A stretch of 61,400 bases of DNA, the filler included, from Sphacelaria rigidula (lineage: Eukaryota): assembly GCA_964200075.2 (NCBI GenBank). It is 8 parts of 8 records of this genome, joined end to end, with 100 filler letters (N's around TTAATTAATTAA, not from the genome) between each part and the next. Parts side by side here need not be neighbours in the genome. Positions count along the whole stretch, not along the records: positions 30,753 to 38,339 come from CAXNAA020014203.1; positions 38,440 to 46,026 come from CAXNAA020014204.1; positions 46,127 to 53,713 come from CAXNAA020014205.1; 5 more parts are not named here. The stretch is one strand, 5' to 3'. Below are positions 35,880-49,300 of the stretch, piece by piece. Under the pieces are notes generated by a model. It was not told where the DNA came from and searched no databases. It saw nothing but the letters and a program-made list of their open reading frames with translations. The first letter of the stretch is position 1. Every line of letters starts with the position of its first letter. Position numbers and translations under genes: made by a program.

Positions 35880-37790
35880 ATGGCGGAGAGCGCAACGAGG
35901 AAAATGAGGCACAAGTGAGTGAGCACCAGATTCGGCGGACTGGAGCTAGCGGCCGACGTGCACGAGTACAAGGCGTCAAGTTGTGATGTCGAAATGCAAG
36001 CGATGGACAGGCCGACCAGTCACACGTAAATTGGCTGACGCGAGATATCGCGCATCCTGCCGCGGGGCGCAAGGGGGTGAGGGCTGTACAGTATAGGGTT
36101 GGGTTGACGGTCAGTCAGTCACTCATCAACGAAAAAAAAAGGCGTTCAGCAACGAGCGCCCCATGTTGATGACTTTCAACCTGTAAGGTAGTTGCAACGC
36201 TGTGATGCTTGTAGTCGCCTATGCGCCCACAGGCATGTCGAAGTCAAGGGAAGAGAAGGGCAAGTTCTGGAGTAAGCTGGCCAGCACTGTGAGGGCCGAG
36301 TTCCCAACAACGGCCACAAGTCTACTTTGATGGCCGCTGACGCCCCGACCGGGGTAAGGGTAGAAAATGAAGATTTTCAATAGAGAGAGGGTACGGAAGG
36401 GACTCCCGGGCCAGCAACAGCAACACACTACACTGCTTCGACTTGCAGGTGACAACAGACTTGTCCGGATCAATACCTTCCTTTTCCCCCAAGGCAGGCA
36501 CGTCGCGTACGTTGAACCTCTATGTGGGCAGTCCCGTCGACAAGTAACGCACGGATCATATCATCACACGGCAAGCCCACCGCGTAAATGCTCGAAAATC
36601 TATCTGCCTGTATCCGCCGAACACGCCTGACTCAGACCCCAACATGGCTTACGCAACAGTGTGACTTCTCGGTCGGTTCACATCCAACTGACAACGGTGA
36701 GCGCTCATTGGATTGGACTCATAAAAAAGGCGAGCAAGAGTGCCTGACAGCGTAACTCATACAGCTTTACGTCAGCGAGCTCAAGCAGAGCGCCTTCAGA
36801 GTATCCGTCAATGCATTGACTACTGACGTTGCCGATATACTCCCGAGATCTACCGAGAGGCGATACCATGTCCGACGCCGTAGCATCGTGTAAAGCGTGG
36901 TTCGAATGCGCTACGATCCAAGACATGTTCGAACACACCTGGAATGGGCCGGGGAGGGCAAGCCGAAGGATGCGAGTGGGACTGAGCGATGGCCCCCCAT
37001 GGCGCACCTTGCGAAAAGGGTAAAGGAGGCTCAGAGTGTTCATCCGAGCTGATTTGGACAGGTACGTCGATGTGTATGCGAGAGAACTGGATGAGTACAT
37101 CAATATGAGGGAAGAAAGAGGCTGGTACGAGCATCTGGGAGGAAGCCAGAGGGGACAGGGGGAAAGATCGAGAGCAAGCCGTATGCCAAGGGTGAGGAGG
37201 AGACATTGCTACGATACACAGATTCGATCCGTGAGAGATGAAAACGGCAATTCTCAGCAATTGCGAAGGCAAGATCAGCAACTTCCGATCCACATTTCAT
37301 CTGTAGCATCATACCACTACCAAAAGCTCTGTCGCTTGCAGGTCTACTAACCCTTGATGAAACAGAAGAGGTCCTGAGAGCGACAGCTGGCGGCGAAGCC
37401 ATGGGACTGGATGGATTATCTGCTGAACTCAAGCTTGAATTAGGCAGAGAGCCTCCGGAGATGTTATTCCACCTCCACAGTATCATCGTTGTTATTTGGG
37501 CGTCTGATGAGGTGTCGCGGGAGTTGAAAAACGCCACTGTCAGTGTTCCATGAAGAGGATAGATCCGAGGGTGGCATCTCTGGGGGCATATTTCTCGTGG
37601 CGCATGCTAGTAAGTACTCCCCCAAATCGTAGCCAGAAGGCTCAGTAGTGTGTGCGAAGAGGTTGGGATTATCTTGGGGAACCAGTGCTTATTCCGGCGC
37701 CCAAGATCGACCATCTGTGTGATGTTCGTAGTACACCGACGGTGACAGTTTTTGTGGTCGAGTAATATTTATGAGCATGTGTTTCATCTA
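35880..37790 (+). mobile_element. Decayed RTE-like LINE (APE endonuclease plus RT N-terminus)
   Basis: Fragments VVAYAPT (~36210), GLDGLSAEL (~37400), and GI.LVAHA.KVL / RSTI.VMFVV (~37580-37740), broken by stops and frameshifts. Confidence 0.75.
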
Positions 37791-38439
37791 CCTGCCAAAG
37801 GTCTACGACTCCGTACAGGCTGGGCCAGCCTACAAGCGGATTTGTACTTTGCAGGCGAATTCGCAATTTTGTTTCTTGGAGTTGNNNNNNNNNTTGCCAA
37901 TCAGGGGGGCATGAAGAAAAGCTGTCTGTGTGTTCCTTATGTTTTTTTTTTTTTTCGTGAATTAAGGGCATTTTACTGAAACCTCAAAACTGATTTTTGC
38001 CCTCATTCACGAAAAAAAAATCGTTAGGACCTCACACACCGCTTTCCTTCATGCACTGTTGATTGTCCGTATCAAATTTCACTTTCCAACTCCAAGACAA
38101 AAATTGCGAATTTACATTTGAAAAACCGAGGCGGTAGAAATTCGGAACAGTATTTTGCAGGCCGTTTATCGGCCCATGTTTGGTGTTTGTGGGTTGAAAC
38201 TTTGACTAATGCCGAGTTAGCCCCCCCACAAAAAGTGCACCGGCACCATCCAACAAACCGGCTGCGATCCCACTATTGGGCTCGTTTGCAGCAATTTCGC
38301 CCACATGATGGGCGTGTAGCAGTCCGAAATCAGCTATAANNNNNNNNNNNNNNNNNNNNNNNNNNNNNNNNNNNNNNNNNNNNTTAATTAATTAANNNNN
38401 NNNNNNNNNNNNNNNNNNNNNNNNNNNNNNNNNNNNNNN

Positions 38440-41400
38440 CGTCACCGTCGCCCCCCCTGCCCCCCCCGCCGCCCCCCCCCCAGCCACCGCACCCGCCGCC
38501 ACTGCCCCCGCCGCCGATGTTGGAGATACGACCGTCGACAACATTGGTCTCCTGGCGCCGGTGCAACAGCAGCACGAGCGAGCCACGGGGGTCGCAAGAG
38601 TTGGACGCGATGCCCAGGTACGTGCTCATAAAGTTACTTCGGCATGTCACAATGATGTCTTGATTTTTACCGCGCGGGAGAGATGTCACTCACATGTTAC
38701 AAATATCTCGTCCGTGCTGCATGATGACCGATGACCGGATTGCAGGTTTTCCTCGAGGGCCGCGACGGACTCCTGAAGCTCTTTCGAGAGTGTTTCGGTG
38801 GAAATTTCGTATACACGCCCATGGCCGAGGAGGTGGTGTGTGATAACAACCGTGCTGCAATGTGCCTCAAGTATGCTGTGCGCTGTTGCCGCGAGGAAGG
38901 CCGCCAGGTTAGTTGAGCGTTCGCCCGTACCGGAGTACGCGTTGTCTTCCGAGCTGCATCTGAGGGGTATTCGGATTCAACTCTAAGTTCGTGGCGTACC
39001 AAAACAATGCGCCTCCACCTACAGCAGTACGGGCTTATATTAGCAGCGCCAGCATCCAATATACATAACGCACAAGGAAGAAAATAAGTGTTGAAAAATC
39101 GGAGCTCTCGGTGATTCAATTGGTCTGTTGCGGTAGTACCGCGGTGCACTACACTGTCGAGTCGCGCACGAGCTCACTCGGATTGCCAACATTCCTCAAG
39201 TCTGCCCTGCCTCTCTCCCACCCGCATGGCTGTGGCATTGCTGTATTTTCCTCTCAGCCATCTGACTTCACGGTCAGCCGCTTCCAGCTGGCCATAACAG
39301 AACTCGTCAGCGAAAAAGAGGGGTCCCGCTTCGTGTGGAGGGGCAAATTTCCGTCTAGATACCCTAGCCTGAAGGAAGCGGCCGAGACGTTCGGGTGTTT
39401 TGGGACATTCGTCCCCACCGAAAAGCTCGGATTGTGCACCGGGTCCACTGGGTCATTGCGGGGTCCAACACCGCTTCTACAACTACGACAACGTGCCGCC
39501 GAAGGTGACTGCGGCGGATCATTGGGAGGGGAAGAGACGAAGATGACAGGCGTGAAGGTGATTGAGCTCTTCGGGCTGACCGAGCTCGTCGACAATGCCG
39601 AGTCCGAGTTGAAGCGTATGGTTTTCTGCAGCAAGAAAACCACCAGCGCCTCACTCTCCCGAGTCGCCGGAGTCACCGTCGACCTCCTCCGCGATCTCGG
39701 TGTCAGTGCACCGGGAAAGGTTCACCTAGCGCTGGGTGGGGTGAGTCACTTGTTTTTTTATGGGGCTAAGCACTTGACATCCGCACGATCTGCACATTGA
39801 ATGATAACAGTACGCGGGCGCACTGTAAGTATCTCGAAAGTCCCACCGCATCCGAAATCTGGACAGCATACACGCTTGAGTCGATATCGATGTCCACCAT
39901 AGCCATGCCTGAATTCCCCCCCACCCCCGCTTTCCCTCGGTGCTCACAGGTCCTTATGTTTAGGCTTTAGGGTTTTCAGCTGCGCGAACGTCAGGAGAAG
40001 CGAAGCGCATCTTTTCCCTCACACTCCTGCTATTTTTTTTTAAATCATTCTCCGGTCCAAACGCCTCCCCCGTTTATCAATTCGTTCGGATGCGGTAATG
40101 ATGGCAAAAAACAACAGGATAAGTTGAGGAAAGCTACCGTGAAGGTGGACACAGACGAAGGCAACATCACAGTCGAGGGGGTGTGGAGGCATGTCAAAGA
40201 CTTCATGAAGAAGCCCGTGCCTGAAAAACTCCAGCGTCTCGTCGTTGCGGTAAGATACAACAGGTTTTATTGTCGCCCCAGTTCCTGTATGTTTGTGCTT
40301 GGAACAGATTCAGTCCGGAGAGAGCATCATCAATTACCGCACGACGGCACCGGAACTCACGACGGTAAACTATACGAGATATTCGGTGTTCTGGTTTTTG
40401 ATACGTACATGCTTCTCTTTTTTTCGCCGATTGTGTGGCTCGCGCAGAATGTTTTCGTGTCGATAGCCCACCTCAAGTCCCCCCCGCCCCCCTCTTGGCC
40501 CTGATAATGAACGAAATAGATCGATGCACAGTACCCGAGGGAAGACCAAGGACTGAGTCCTCAGGAGGAGTATTGCGGGGTGCTGTTTCGCATTTTTTTG
40601 TCGTCATGGTGCTTCTTCGCACGAGTTGTGAACTAGTAGGTACAAATAGTACCGGAATATATATGTAGCGTTTCGTTTTGCCGCCGCTATTCACACAGAA
40701 CACATGTGAAACTCTCAAGGGTGAGAGAGCAAAAAATGCTGCTATTGGCAAAAGAGAGGTCGCAGTACGCCTACGAAAAAGATCGGCGTTTCCGATAGTC
40801 TATCAATAATATGTCCCTGCATACAATATCCTGCTGCCTACTCTTAACCAAGTTGTGATACTGACTGTTCTGTCGACACGTTAAACAGGTGCCCATGTCA
40901 AGTACTCGGATGATGCAGCACTTCGCTACCCCTGGCCGGTTGAGGGCTCTCGTTGACGAGGAAGCTGGTGCGTCCGGCCACGGAGAAATAAGGGTGTCTT
41001 GCGACTGGTTCGGGAAGCGACTCTTGGTGGAGAGTGTGTACGAGGAACGCACAATGAGGGACGCTGTGGTAAGACCCCAGGCGATGAGCCGTACGTGTTT
41101 TTTCGCGCAGCATATGCCCCCCTAAATAGGGTATTCGATACAGGGCAATCAATACCTGTACTGGAATATCGTCTCCGCACTGACCGCACTCAGATGAATC
41201 CTGATTGCATGTTCACCAATCGACTATTACTATAAACCACCCGGACCGAATACCCTTCCCTCTCAAACCACCGCTAGGTTCGATTGTTGCTGCAGAAGGC
41301 AGTGGAGTGGGAAACTCTCGATTTCTCCGCTGAGCTTGGGGCACCTTTGCCAGTGTTCGAACGAGCATTCAGGCAAAGCTCCGGCTCGCGGCTCGGGAAA

Positions 41401-41556
41401 ACGACGTGGAGCACGATGGTGCGCGCCATGGCGCAGCACCTGAAGGTGGATGTCGTGTACCTCGAGAACGGTCGCGTGAGAGGGAGGGGCACTTCAGCAC
41501 GGGACGCAGGGAACAAGGAGTTCCTCCTGCAGGCCTTCGTGAGTCAAAATACGTAA
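38440..41556 (+). CDS. Unknown spliced gene (partial); exons 38440-38617, 38746-38907, 39258-39740, 40118-40249, 40889-41068, 41278-41538/41556
   Basis: Six stop-free segments with canonical GT-AG sites; the internal exons are 162, 483, 132 and 180 nt, all multiples of 3. No family recognised. Confidence 0.7.
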
Positions 41557-42214
41557 AAGAGCTCAGCGGGTGACACGCAAATAGAGTACGGGTACACAGT
41601 GATGACCAATTTGTGCGATTGACAGTTTTGAACGGACTGGGCAGAGATCGAGTCTATAACAAATACAAACTGAGGAACGCGTGCTGAGGGCCATTATTGA
41701 CGAGTTAAATTGTTCATAGTCTTCTTCCGTTTTGTTAGTTGAAAACTCCGGACTCCTCCAACAACAAAAAAAAAACGCCAAGTTTCCCGAGTAACATGTA
41801 GTCATCAGTCTCGAATTGTTCTATTCCTTGACCTGGTTGATGAATATATTCTCACATTTCTACGGGAAATAGTTGTTTTTCCCCCGAAAAAAAGTGTAAA
41901 CTTGGAAAAAAAACAAGTGCCCAGACTGTGATTTTCTTCACAAACAACTGCGGCGCGGCTGACCGCAACAGCCGTGTCCGTCAGCAGATCTCCCCCCCAA
42001 AGCCGTTCTAATGACACACGTTCTAAGGTCGGGGTTGGTACCGCACGCCGTAGTACTGTCTATGTACCCAATGTTCCGTTTCATTTTTCTCAATTCGCTG
42101 TCTTCTTACGTCTGCACGTGCACCATGCCGTCGCGATCATCAGATTCGCAAGGAGAAGATTCGCTTGGGCATCCCCTAGGTTATGGCTATCCCTCCAACG
42201 GATCGGCGGAACAA

Positions 42215-44030
42215 CGTCTATTGGAAAATGCGGCAAGGCTGTCGGCCACTGCAATCTCCACCTATGTGTTGTTCTATGGTAGACTGCCACTTCTGTGATG
42301 TCTCGTTTCTCTCCGGGAATCAATCGAGCCTCTCGTGTAATTTTTGGTGGTGATTACAACATCTGTTGCGGCGAGCTCACTGGCGAACTGTAATTGGTAT
42401 TCCGTAGCAGAGTGTCTCGCAGATACTTGGAGACTGCAGCAAGGCTGTTGGCCACTACAATCCCCACCTGCATGCTACTTTGTCGCAGAGTACCATTCAC
42501 TACGTCATAGCCTGTCTTTTTGCGGGGTTTGAACGTTCTATCAGTAAAGTCTACGGTCACTGGTATTCCGCAGCAGAGTTTCTCGCAGACACGTGGAGAA
42601 TGCAGCAAGGCTGTTGGCCACTGCAATCCCCATTTGCATGCTACTTCGTCTCAGAGTACCACTTATTATATTATGCTGTCTTTTTGCCGGGTTAGAGCAT
42701 AACCTTCCATCAGTGTACTTACGGCCACTGGTATTCCGTAGCAGAGTTTCTCGCAGATACTTGGAGAATGCAGCAAGGCTGTTGGCCACTGCAATCCCCC
42801 TACCTGCATGCTACTTTGTCCCAGAATACACTTATTGCGTCATAGACCGTCTTTTCGCTGGGTTTGAGTTTTTTTATCAGTCGAAATACCGTACGGTCAC
42901 TGGTATTCCGTAGCAGAGTTTCTCGCAGACACTTGGAGAATGCAGCAAGGCTGTTGGCCACTGTAATCCCCATCTGCATGCTGATTTGTCAGAGAGTATA
43001 CCACTTACTATATTATATATATATATTGCGGGGTTTGAGCCTTCTATCAGTCGAAATACCGTACGGTCACTGGTATTCCGTAGCAGAGTTTCTCGCAGAC
43101 ACTTGGAGAATGCGGCAAGGCTGTTGGCCACCGCAATCCCCCCAGCTGCATACTACTTTGTCGCAGAATACAGTACCACTTATTACGTCATGCTATAGCT
43201 GTCTTTTTGCGGGGTTTGAGCCTTTTATCAGTAGAAATACCGTACGATCACTGGTATTCCGTGGCGGAGTTTCTCGCAGACACTTGGAGAATGCGGCAAG
43301 GCTGTTGGCCACCGCAATCCCCCCATCTGTATGCTACTTTGCCGCAGAATACAGTACCACTTATTACGTCATGCTACAGCTGTCTTTTTGCGGGGTTTGA
43401 GCGTTCTATCAGTATATAGTCTCGCAGACACTTGGAGAATGCGGCAAGGCTGTTGGCCACCGCAATCCCCCCATCTGTATGCTACTTTGTCGCAGAATAC
43501 CACTTATTACGTCATGCTATAGCTGTCTTTTTGCGGGGTTTGAGCCTTTTATCAGTCGAAATACCGTACGGTCACTGTTATTCCGTAGCAGAGTTTCTCG
43601 CAGACACTTGGAGAATGCGGCAAGGCTGTTGGCCACTGCAATCCCCCTACCTGCATGCTACTTTGTCGCAGAATACAGTACCACTTATTACGTCATGCTA
43701 CAGCTGTCTTTTCGCGGGGTTTGAGCGTTCTATCAGTGTATAGTCTACGGTCACGGGTATCCCAGCAGAGTTTCTCGCAGGCATTTGGAGAATGCGGCAA
43801 GGCTGTTGGCCACCGCAATCTCCACTTGTATATAGAATTTTATGATAAATTGCCACTTTTGTGAAGTCATCTATCTTCCAGAATCGAGCCCTTCACCACT
43901 ACTACTATAAGTTAGGTGTGATAATTTGCGGCGATACCTACTTGGTATTCCAGCAGAGTTTCTCGTCGCAGACGCTTGGAGAATGCGGCCTGACTGTTGG
44001 CCACTGCAATCTCCACCTGCATACCACTTT
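42215..44030. repeat. Tandem satellite, ~11 units of ~150-205 bp
   Basis: Core ttggagaatgc(a/g)gcaaggctgttggccac at ~42221, 42428, 42593, 42761, 42933, 43103, 43284, 43432, 43608, 43786 and 43976. Confidence 0.95.
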
Positions 44031-44114
44031 GTCAAAGAGTATCACTTACTTATTACTTTATCATGCCGTTTTGCGCATTTCCTTCTTCCCATCCGATACC
44101 CTCCTACTCGGCAT

Positions 44115-44810
44115 TAGAGAGTTTCGGAAAATGCTTTTTAGTCATTCCAGAGTGCAAATATCTCAGGCTCAGTATCAGAGTGTAACGAAAAAACATTTTC
44201 CCTACGTAAAATGTGGTATCCCCTTGACGTTTTTTTGATGAGGTGTTTTTTTTTCATTCTGCACTCTGAGGCCGGATGTTATGGCAAACATATTTTTGGC
44301 CCACGGATTGTTCACCTTAGAGACATTTGACCCCCTTTTTGACCCCCCAAACAGGGAAAATCGCCTACACACGTCTTGGACATTTTTCATTACCCCACAG
44401 AGAGGAGCCTAGCCCACTTTTCAGATTCCCTTGGCTCCGAGGTTTCGAGATCGGTCGCTGAACAAAAATTCGTGTGCGAAAATCCGTGGTTGCCGACCCC
44501 CGCCAGTTGCCCAATATTCTGTGGAGATCGCCGTACATTTTGTTGCACACGAATTTTTGTTCAGCGGCCGCTCTCGAAATCTAGGAGCCAAGCGAATCTG
44601 AAAAGTGGGCCAGGCCCCTCTCGGCAGGGTGATGCAAAGTGTCCACGACGTGTGTTGGCGATGTTCCCTGTTTGAGGGTCAAAACGTGGCTCAAACGTCA
44701 TAATAAAGTAAACAATCCGTGGGCCAAAAATATGTGTGCCATAACATCCGGCCTGATCCTGAGATATTTGCACTCTGAAATGACAAAAAAGCGTTTTCCG
44801 AAACTCTCTA
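44115..44810. mobile_element. ~700-bp foldback element
   Basis: Ends tagagagtttcggaaaatgcttttt / aaaaagcgttttccgaaactctcta; the arms pair almost to the centre (~44500); the left arm has ~100 bp extra. Confidence 0.85.
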
Positions 44811-44897
44811 CATCATCATTGAAATAGGAATGATGGTAATAATTATATGAAAGTTCTGGATAATGGTTTCAAACCGTTATTTACCGTTACCGGCTTC

Positions 44898-45269
44898 TGT
44901 GTGTGTGTGTGTGTGTGTGTGTGTTCGTCCCATTTTTTTTTTACGCCAGTCTACACCTGTCGGTAAATATGGGCGCACCAGCCGGGGTGACAAAGGAGGA
45001 AGGTCAGCACAGGAGTTTTGGTTTGTTTGTTTGTTTTTAGTACTCCGCCTTCCTTCTGCGGTGCTAGCCTTTATTTTTATCGCGAGAGGGATTCGGCACG
45101 CCCTTCCCTCGTCGACCGTTAGGTCGAATTTTATGTACCCACGAGATAGTCGCTCTCCACTGTTGAACATGGCGTGAGAAAAAATCCCAGATGGCTCCGA
45201 GATTTGAACCCACGACCCAACCGTCAGAAGGTTTTCGGGGTTACCAACTGAGCCACCGGGGCGACCGGC
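44898..45269 (-). mobile_element. Full-length tRNA-derived SINE (family 1) with (CA)n tail
   Basis: The reverse-complement head reads gccggtcgccccggtggctcagttggt...gtgggttcaaatctc (A and B boxes); (GT)n lies at 44898-44924. Confidence 0.85.
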
Positions 45270-45279
45270 GTTCCGCCCT

Positions 45280-45682
45280 TGAAAATTGACCCACACACGC
45301 GGCCATTCGGCTACCCCCATAAAAATCGACTATCGCAATTTTTATCCTCTCGAGCGTAATATACCCTCTTGAGGGTATTTCATCCCCAGGTGCGGTCACA
45401 ATCGAATCCTCTGGAGGGCATCTGATGCTCCAGCGGCTCCTGAGGTCTGAACTCCTCGAGAGTAACATAAACGATGGGGCTCTGGAGGGCCGCGCATCCT
45501 CCAAATTTCTCAGGAGGGATGCGCAGCCCTCCAGAGGCAAAACAAGCCTTCGGAGTCGTTTGATCCCACCCCTCTGGAGGGCTGCGCACCCTCTGGAGGC
45601 GTTTAATTTCTCTAGAGGCTCGAAAAGTTGGCCGGAACAAAGTATTTTTGGGGGTAGCCGAATGGCCGCGTGTGAAAATTTA
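45280..45682. mobile_element. MITE
   Basis: Inverted repeats cacacgcggccattcggctaccccca / tgggggtagccgaatggccgcgtgtg; internal ccctc(c/t)(a/g)gagg repeats. Confidence 0.75.
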
Positions 45683-45691
45683 ACGCATTTT

Positions 45692-45966
45692 ACAACGTTT
45701 CGTGAGATCGAGAGTAGAGGATGCGATTGAGAGCGAGAAGCGGTCAATCAGAAAATGAATCGTTTCAGTTCCGAAATGCCACTGCACGAGGCCCGACATG
45801 GTTTCTGTAGTAAGTTGCTACTGAGGCCCTTGACATCCCTGAGAAGGATAACGACGCGTAGCTGTAATTACACGCCAGTGATGGAGGCTAAGAAAATCAC
45901 ACAGGAAATAAAAGATTGGTCAAGTTAGTTAGAGCAAATGATCAAAATCACTCTTAATCAGCGCTC
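45692..45966. mobile_element. MITE family A, right end truncated by another repeat
   Basis: Matches 47255-47530 and is then followed by ctcgagtgatgctacggtaggggt, which also occurs at ~22128. Confidence 0.75.
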
Positions 45967-46323
45967 GAGTGATGCTACGGTAGGGGTACAGAAATAATTT
46001 CTGAGATTAGAATTGTTAGGAGGCCCNNNNNNNNNNNNNNNNNNNNNNNNNNNNNNNNNNNNNNNNNNNNTTAATTAATTAANNNNNNNNNNNNNNNNNN
46101 NNNNNNNNNNNNNNNNNNNNNNNNNNGGACGCCTTCCGTGGTCACAGGCTAGCAAAAAAACAAAAAACAAAATAGACCCAGATTAAAACTCACAAAACGC
46201 TTGCAGTGTGGTACGCTTCACGGTCAATTTGGTATTTTAGTGGCCCCGTGTATTAACTTCTCCGTGATGGAAAACATTTTTTTTGGCGTTTGGTTGCTTG
46301 GTTGCGGTGTTTGTCAAAAACAG

Positions 46324-49300
46324 CGTTCACTTCACCGTGACGATGAGTATGGAAGACCTCGACCACATCGAGAAGGCCGACGGGCTGCACAAGTTCTTCA
46401 AGCTCGAGTCCAGCGTCAGCACGACCAACATGGTGCTCTTTGACCAAGATGGCCAGCTCACCAAGTCAGTATACCAGACTTTGAACAAAAAGTGTACTGC
46501 GTACAACGGTATCGATTTTTGCGCCTATTGCAACACACAATGGATTCCATGCTGTACGCAGTAATGTTTTTGACAACATCATCTTTTGTCCGGAGTGTGC
46601 AGCATACTACGCTCGTCCCCTTTGAGTAAAGTACGTCGTGTCGTCACTGTTTTTACAATTCTGGAGTGATTCAGTGGCTGTTGGTTGGCTCGATTAGAAT
46701 CGGGCGTATTTGGCGAGGTGAATATGGCCAAGACCCGCACGATCTCGCACATGGTCTACACTGGTCGTAGTTCATCGTGTCGCGGCTGAATACCTGCAGG
46801 GTCATATGTGAGGAATGCATTCTCCCCATCAAGTGCGCAACCGCCCCACGGGCCCCTAATACCCCGTGCTTCCTGTTGGATGATCCATCAATCAATGGAT
46901 TGTTTGTGTTGTCTCATTTATTCTTACATGTACTGTACGTGGATTCTTGAAGGTATGACAACCCGCAGCACATCATGGAGGAGTTCTACACATTACGCAC
47001 GGACTTCTATAACCGGCGGAAGGCATCTCTACTGAACAGGATGCAAAACGAGTGGAGCAAACTGGACAACAAGGCATGTCGTTCACGCCTTCTGTTGTTT
47101 CTTGTTCATCGTGCTTGTTTTTGATTCGTTGGGTTGTCCCTTTTTTTGTTTCACCTTCTTGTGTGATGTTTCATGTTCGATGACCGTACTCGTAGGTAGT
47201 CGATACAACGCGTGTTGTACTTCGATTTTGCTGTGCAGCATCACATCCGCACTCAACAATGTTTTCGTGAGATTGAGAGTAGAGGATACGATTGAAGGTA
47301 AAAAGCGGTCAATTAGTAAATGAATCGTTTCTGTTCCGAAATGCCCCTCCACGAGGCCCAATATGCTTTCTGCAGCAGCTTGCCACTGAGGTCCTTGATG
47401 CTCCTGAGTAGGATATCGACGTGTAGCTATAAGCACACGCTAGTGATGGAGGTAAAGAAAAGCACAGACGGAGTGAAGAAAATGGCTGAGAGCAAGCGAA
47501 TGATCGAAGCCACTCTCAATCAGCGTTCTACTCTCAATCTCACGAAAACGTTGTTTACTCTTGGTTCATTTGTCATCCGTACCTTGATCATGTCGCGGAA
47601 TCTGGAACATGGCCGTGCTTCCGTCCAAAATTATACGTTCCTGAGTCAATCTCTTTAAAACGTGGTGTCTAGAACTGTACCTGGTTGGGTGGTTGATTGG
47701 TTTGTTTGATTGATGGACTCATTGGGTGCGTGTCTGATACTGAGTCATTTTCCACGAAATCAGGCGTGATGGTGAAGGTGATGAAATGAGAGCTTTCCGT
47801 CGCAATTTTGTAGTATAGGAGAAATACCCCAAGAGAGAAAAGAAAGGAATCTAAAGCGAGGGGATGAACGTGTCGCTCCTTCTCACCCGATAATAGGTGC
47901 GGTTCATCCTAGCTGTGGTGGAGGGAAGGCTGGAGGTCAACAACCGTAAGAAGGTCGATCTGCTCAACGAGCTCAAGAGGGAGGGCTACGACATGTTCCT
48001 TCCCCCGTGAGCAATATTATGACGTGTGCTGACGTTTTTTGTATACAAGGACATCTTGGTCTGGTTTATGCAAGCAGCACGAAGAAGTTGACTTTGCGCA
48101 TCGAGCTTCGACGGAAAGGCTACTAGACCTAGGCAGGCTTCCATACATACACCCCGCCTTCATTGTACCAGCCCGTAATCTACCACGAGTGATATGGTTT
48201 AGCCGATCCATTTAGTGGAGAGGTTTGGACTGAAAAGACTTTTGACATGTATGTGTTGTGTGCTCGTGCCTGTTCGTGATACCCCTCTCTTGACCTTTTC
48301 CCCCCAACGCATGTACCTGTCATGTCATTCTCCAGGACTGCGAAGCTTCGGGTGGCGGGCGCCGATGACAGCGACGAAGGCGAAGACGGGGATGGTGAGT
48401 TGCCCTAGGTAACAATGGATGGGCACGACCCGCCGCTGGTGATATATTTCTAAGCACCAACGCCGAGGTATCACTTGGCGGTAATTCGAGGGGGTAGTAT
48501 ACAGCGTACCCTTATGCAGTGTCTGTTACGTTATTCCCAATCCTGACACTAGCCGTACAAGTGCTCAATCACGACAGGGTGTTGTTGAGGGAAGGTATTG
48601 CATCACGTACGGGTGGTATATACCGTCACTGTCACCTACGGTACGTGCTGCAGGTATTTTTTGCCCAAGTTATAGGAATGACGAGGGAAAACAACAGATT
48701 GTTTTTTTTGTATTCCGTCAAAAAAAAGTGCCCTTTGCCTTGTCATTTCTCGGTTCATTTTTGAAAAGTGTTTATTGTAGAGTGCTGTCCCCCCCTTTCT
48801 TCGCTCCCACACCATTGTGGACTTGACACGCATCGAGAGATAAATGGTTGGTCAGACTGACCGCCGTAATACGACTTCAAGATGTGTCGAGCAAAGCAAG
48901 CCATGACCGATCTGTATGTTTATGGCGTGCAACGAAAGGCGTTGTGTCCACTCTCAGTCGTTTTGTTTTTTGTTTGGTACCATAGGCGAGGCACACTCGG
49001 ATGACATGTCCAGGGGTTACGACTACCTACTGGGCATGAAGCTGTGGAGCCTGACCTTGGAGAGGGTAAAGCAGATGGAGAATGAGCTGGAGGCGAAGAC
49101 TGAGGAGATGGCGAAACTCAAGGTTTGTATTCGTTTTTGACTCGGCATCTTCAACGCCACATTTAAAAAATCAGGGATGGTATGCGAGGTATCGTGGCAA
49201 TTCAAGTGCTCATGTTTCCTATATTTGGTGGGGGTAGTAGCAGTAGTACTTTTTTTTGGATGCGCCCTCCTTTACCTTGTACTTAAAAAGGTGTACAGTA

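Noticed and set aside
23066-37790. Diversity-generating retroelement explanation for the TPR variation
   Set aside because: The changes are not adenine-specific, there is no template-repeat/RT pair, and the RT remnants are decayed LINEs on other contigs.
42215-44030. CRISPR-like array or repeat protein (MENAARLLATAIP)
   Set aside because: The inter-core sequences are homologous to each other rather than unique spacers, unit lengths break the frame, and no cas genes are present.
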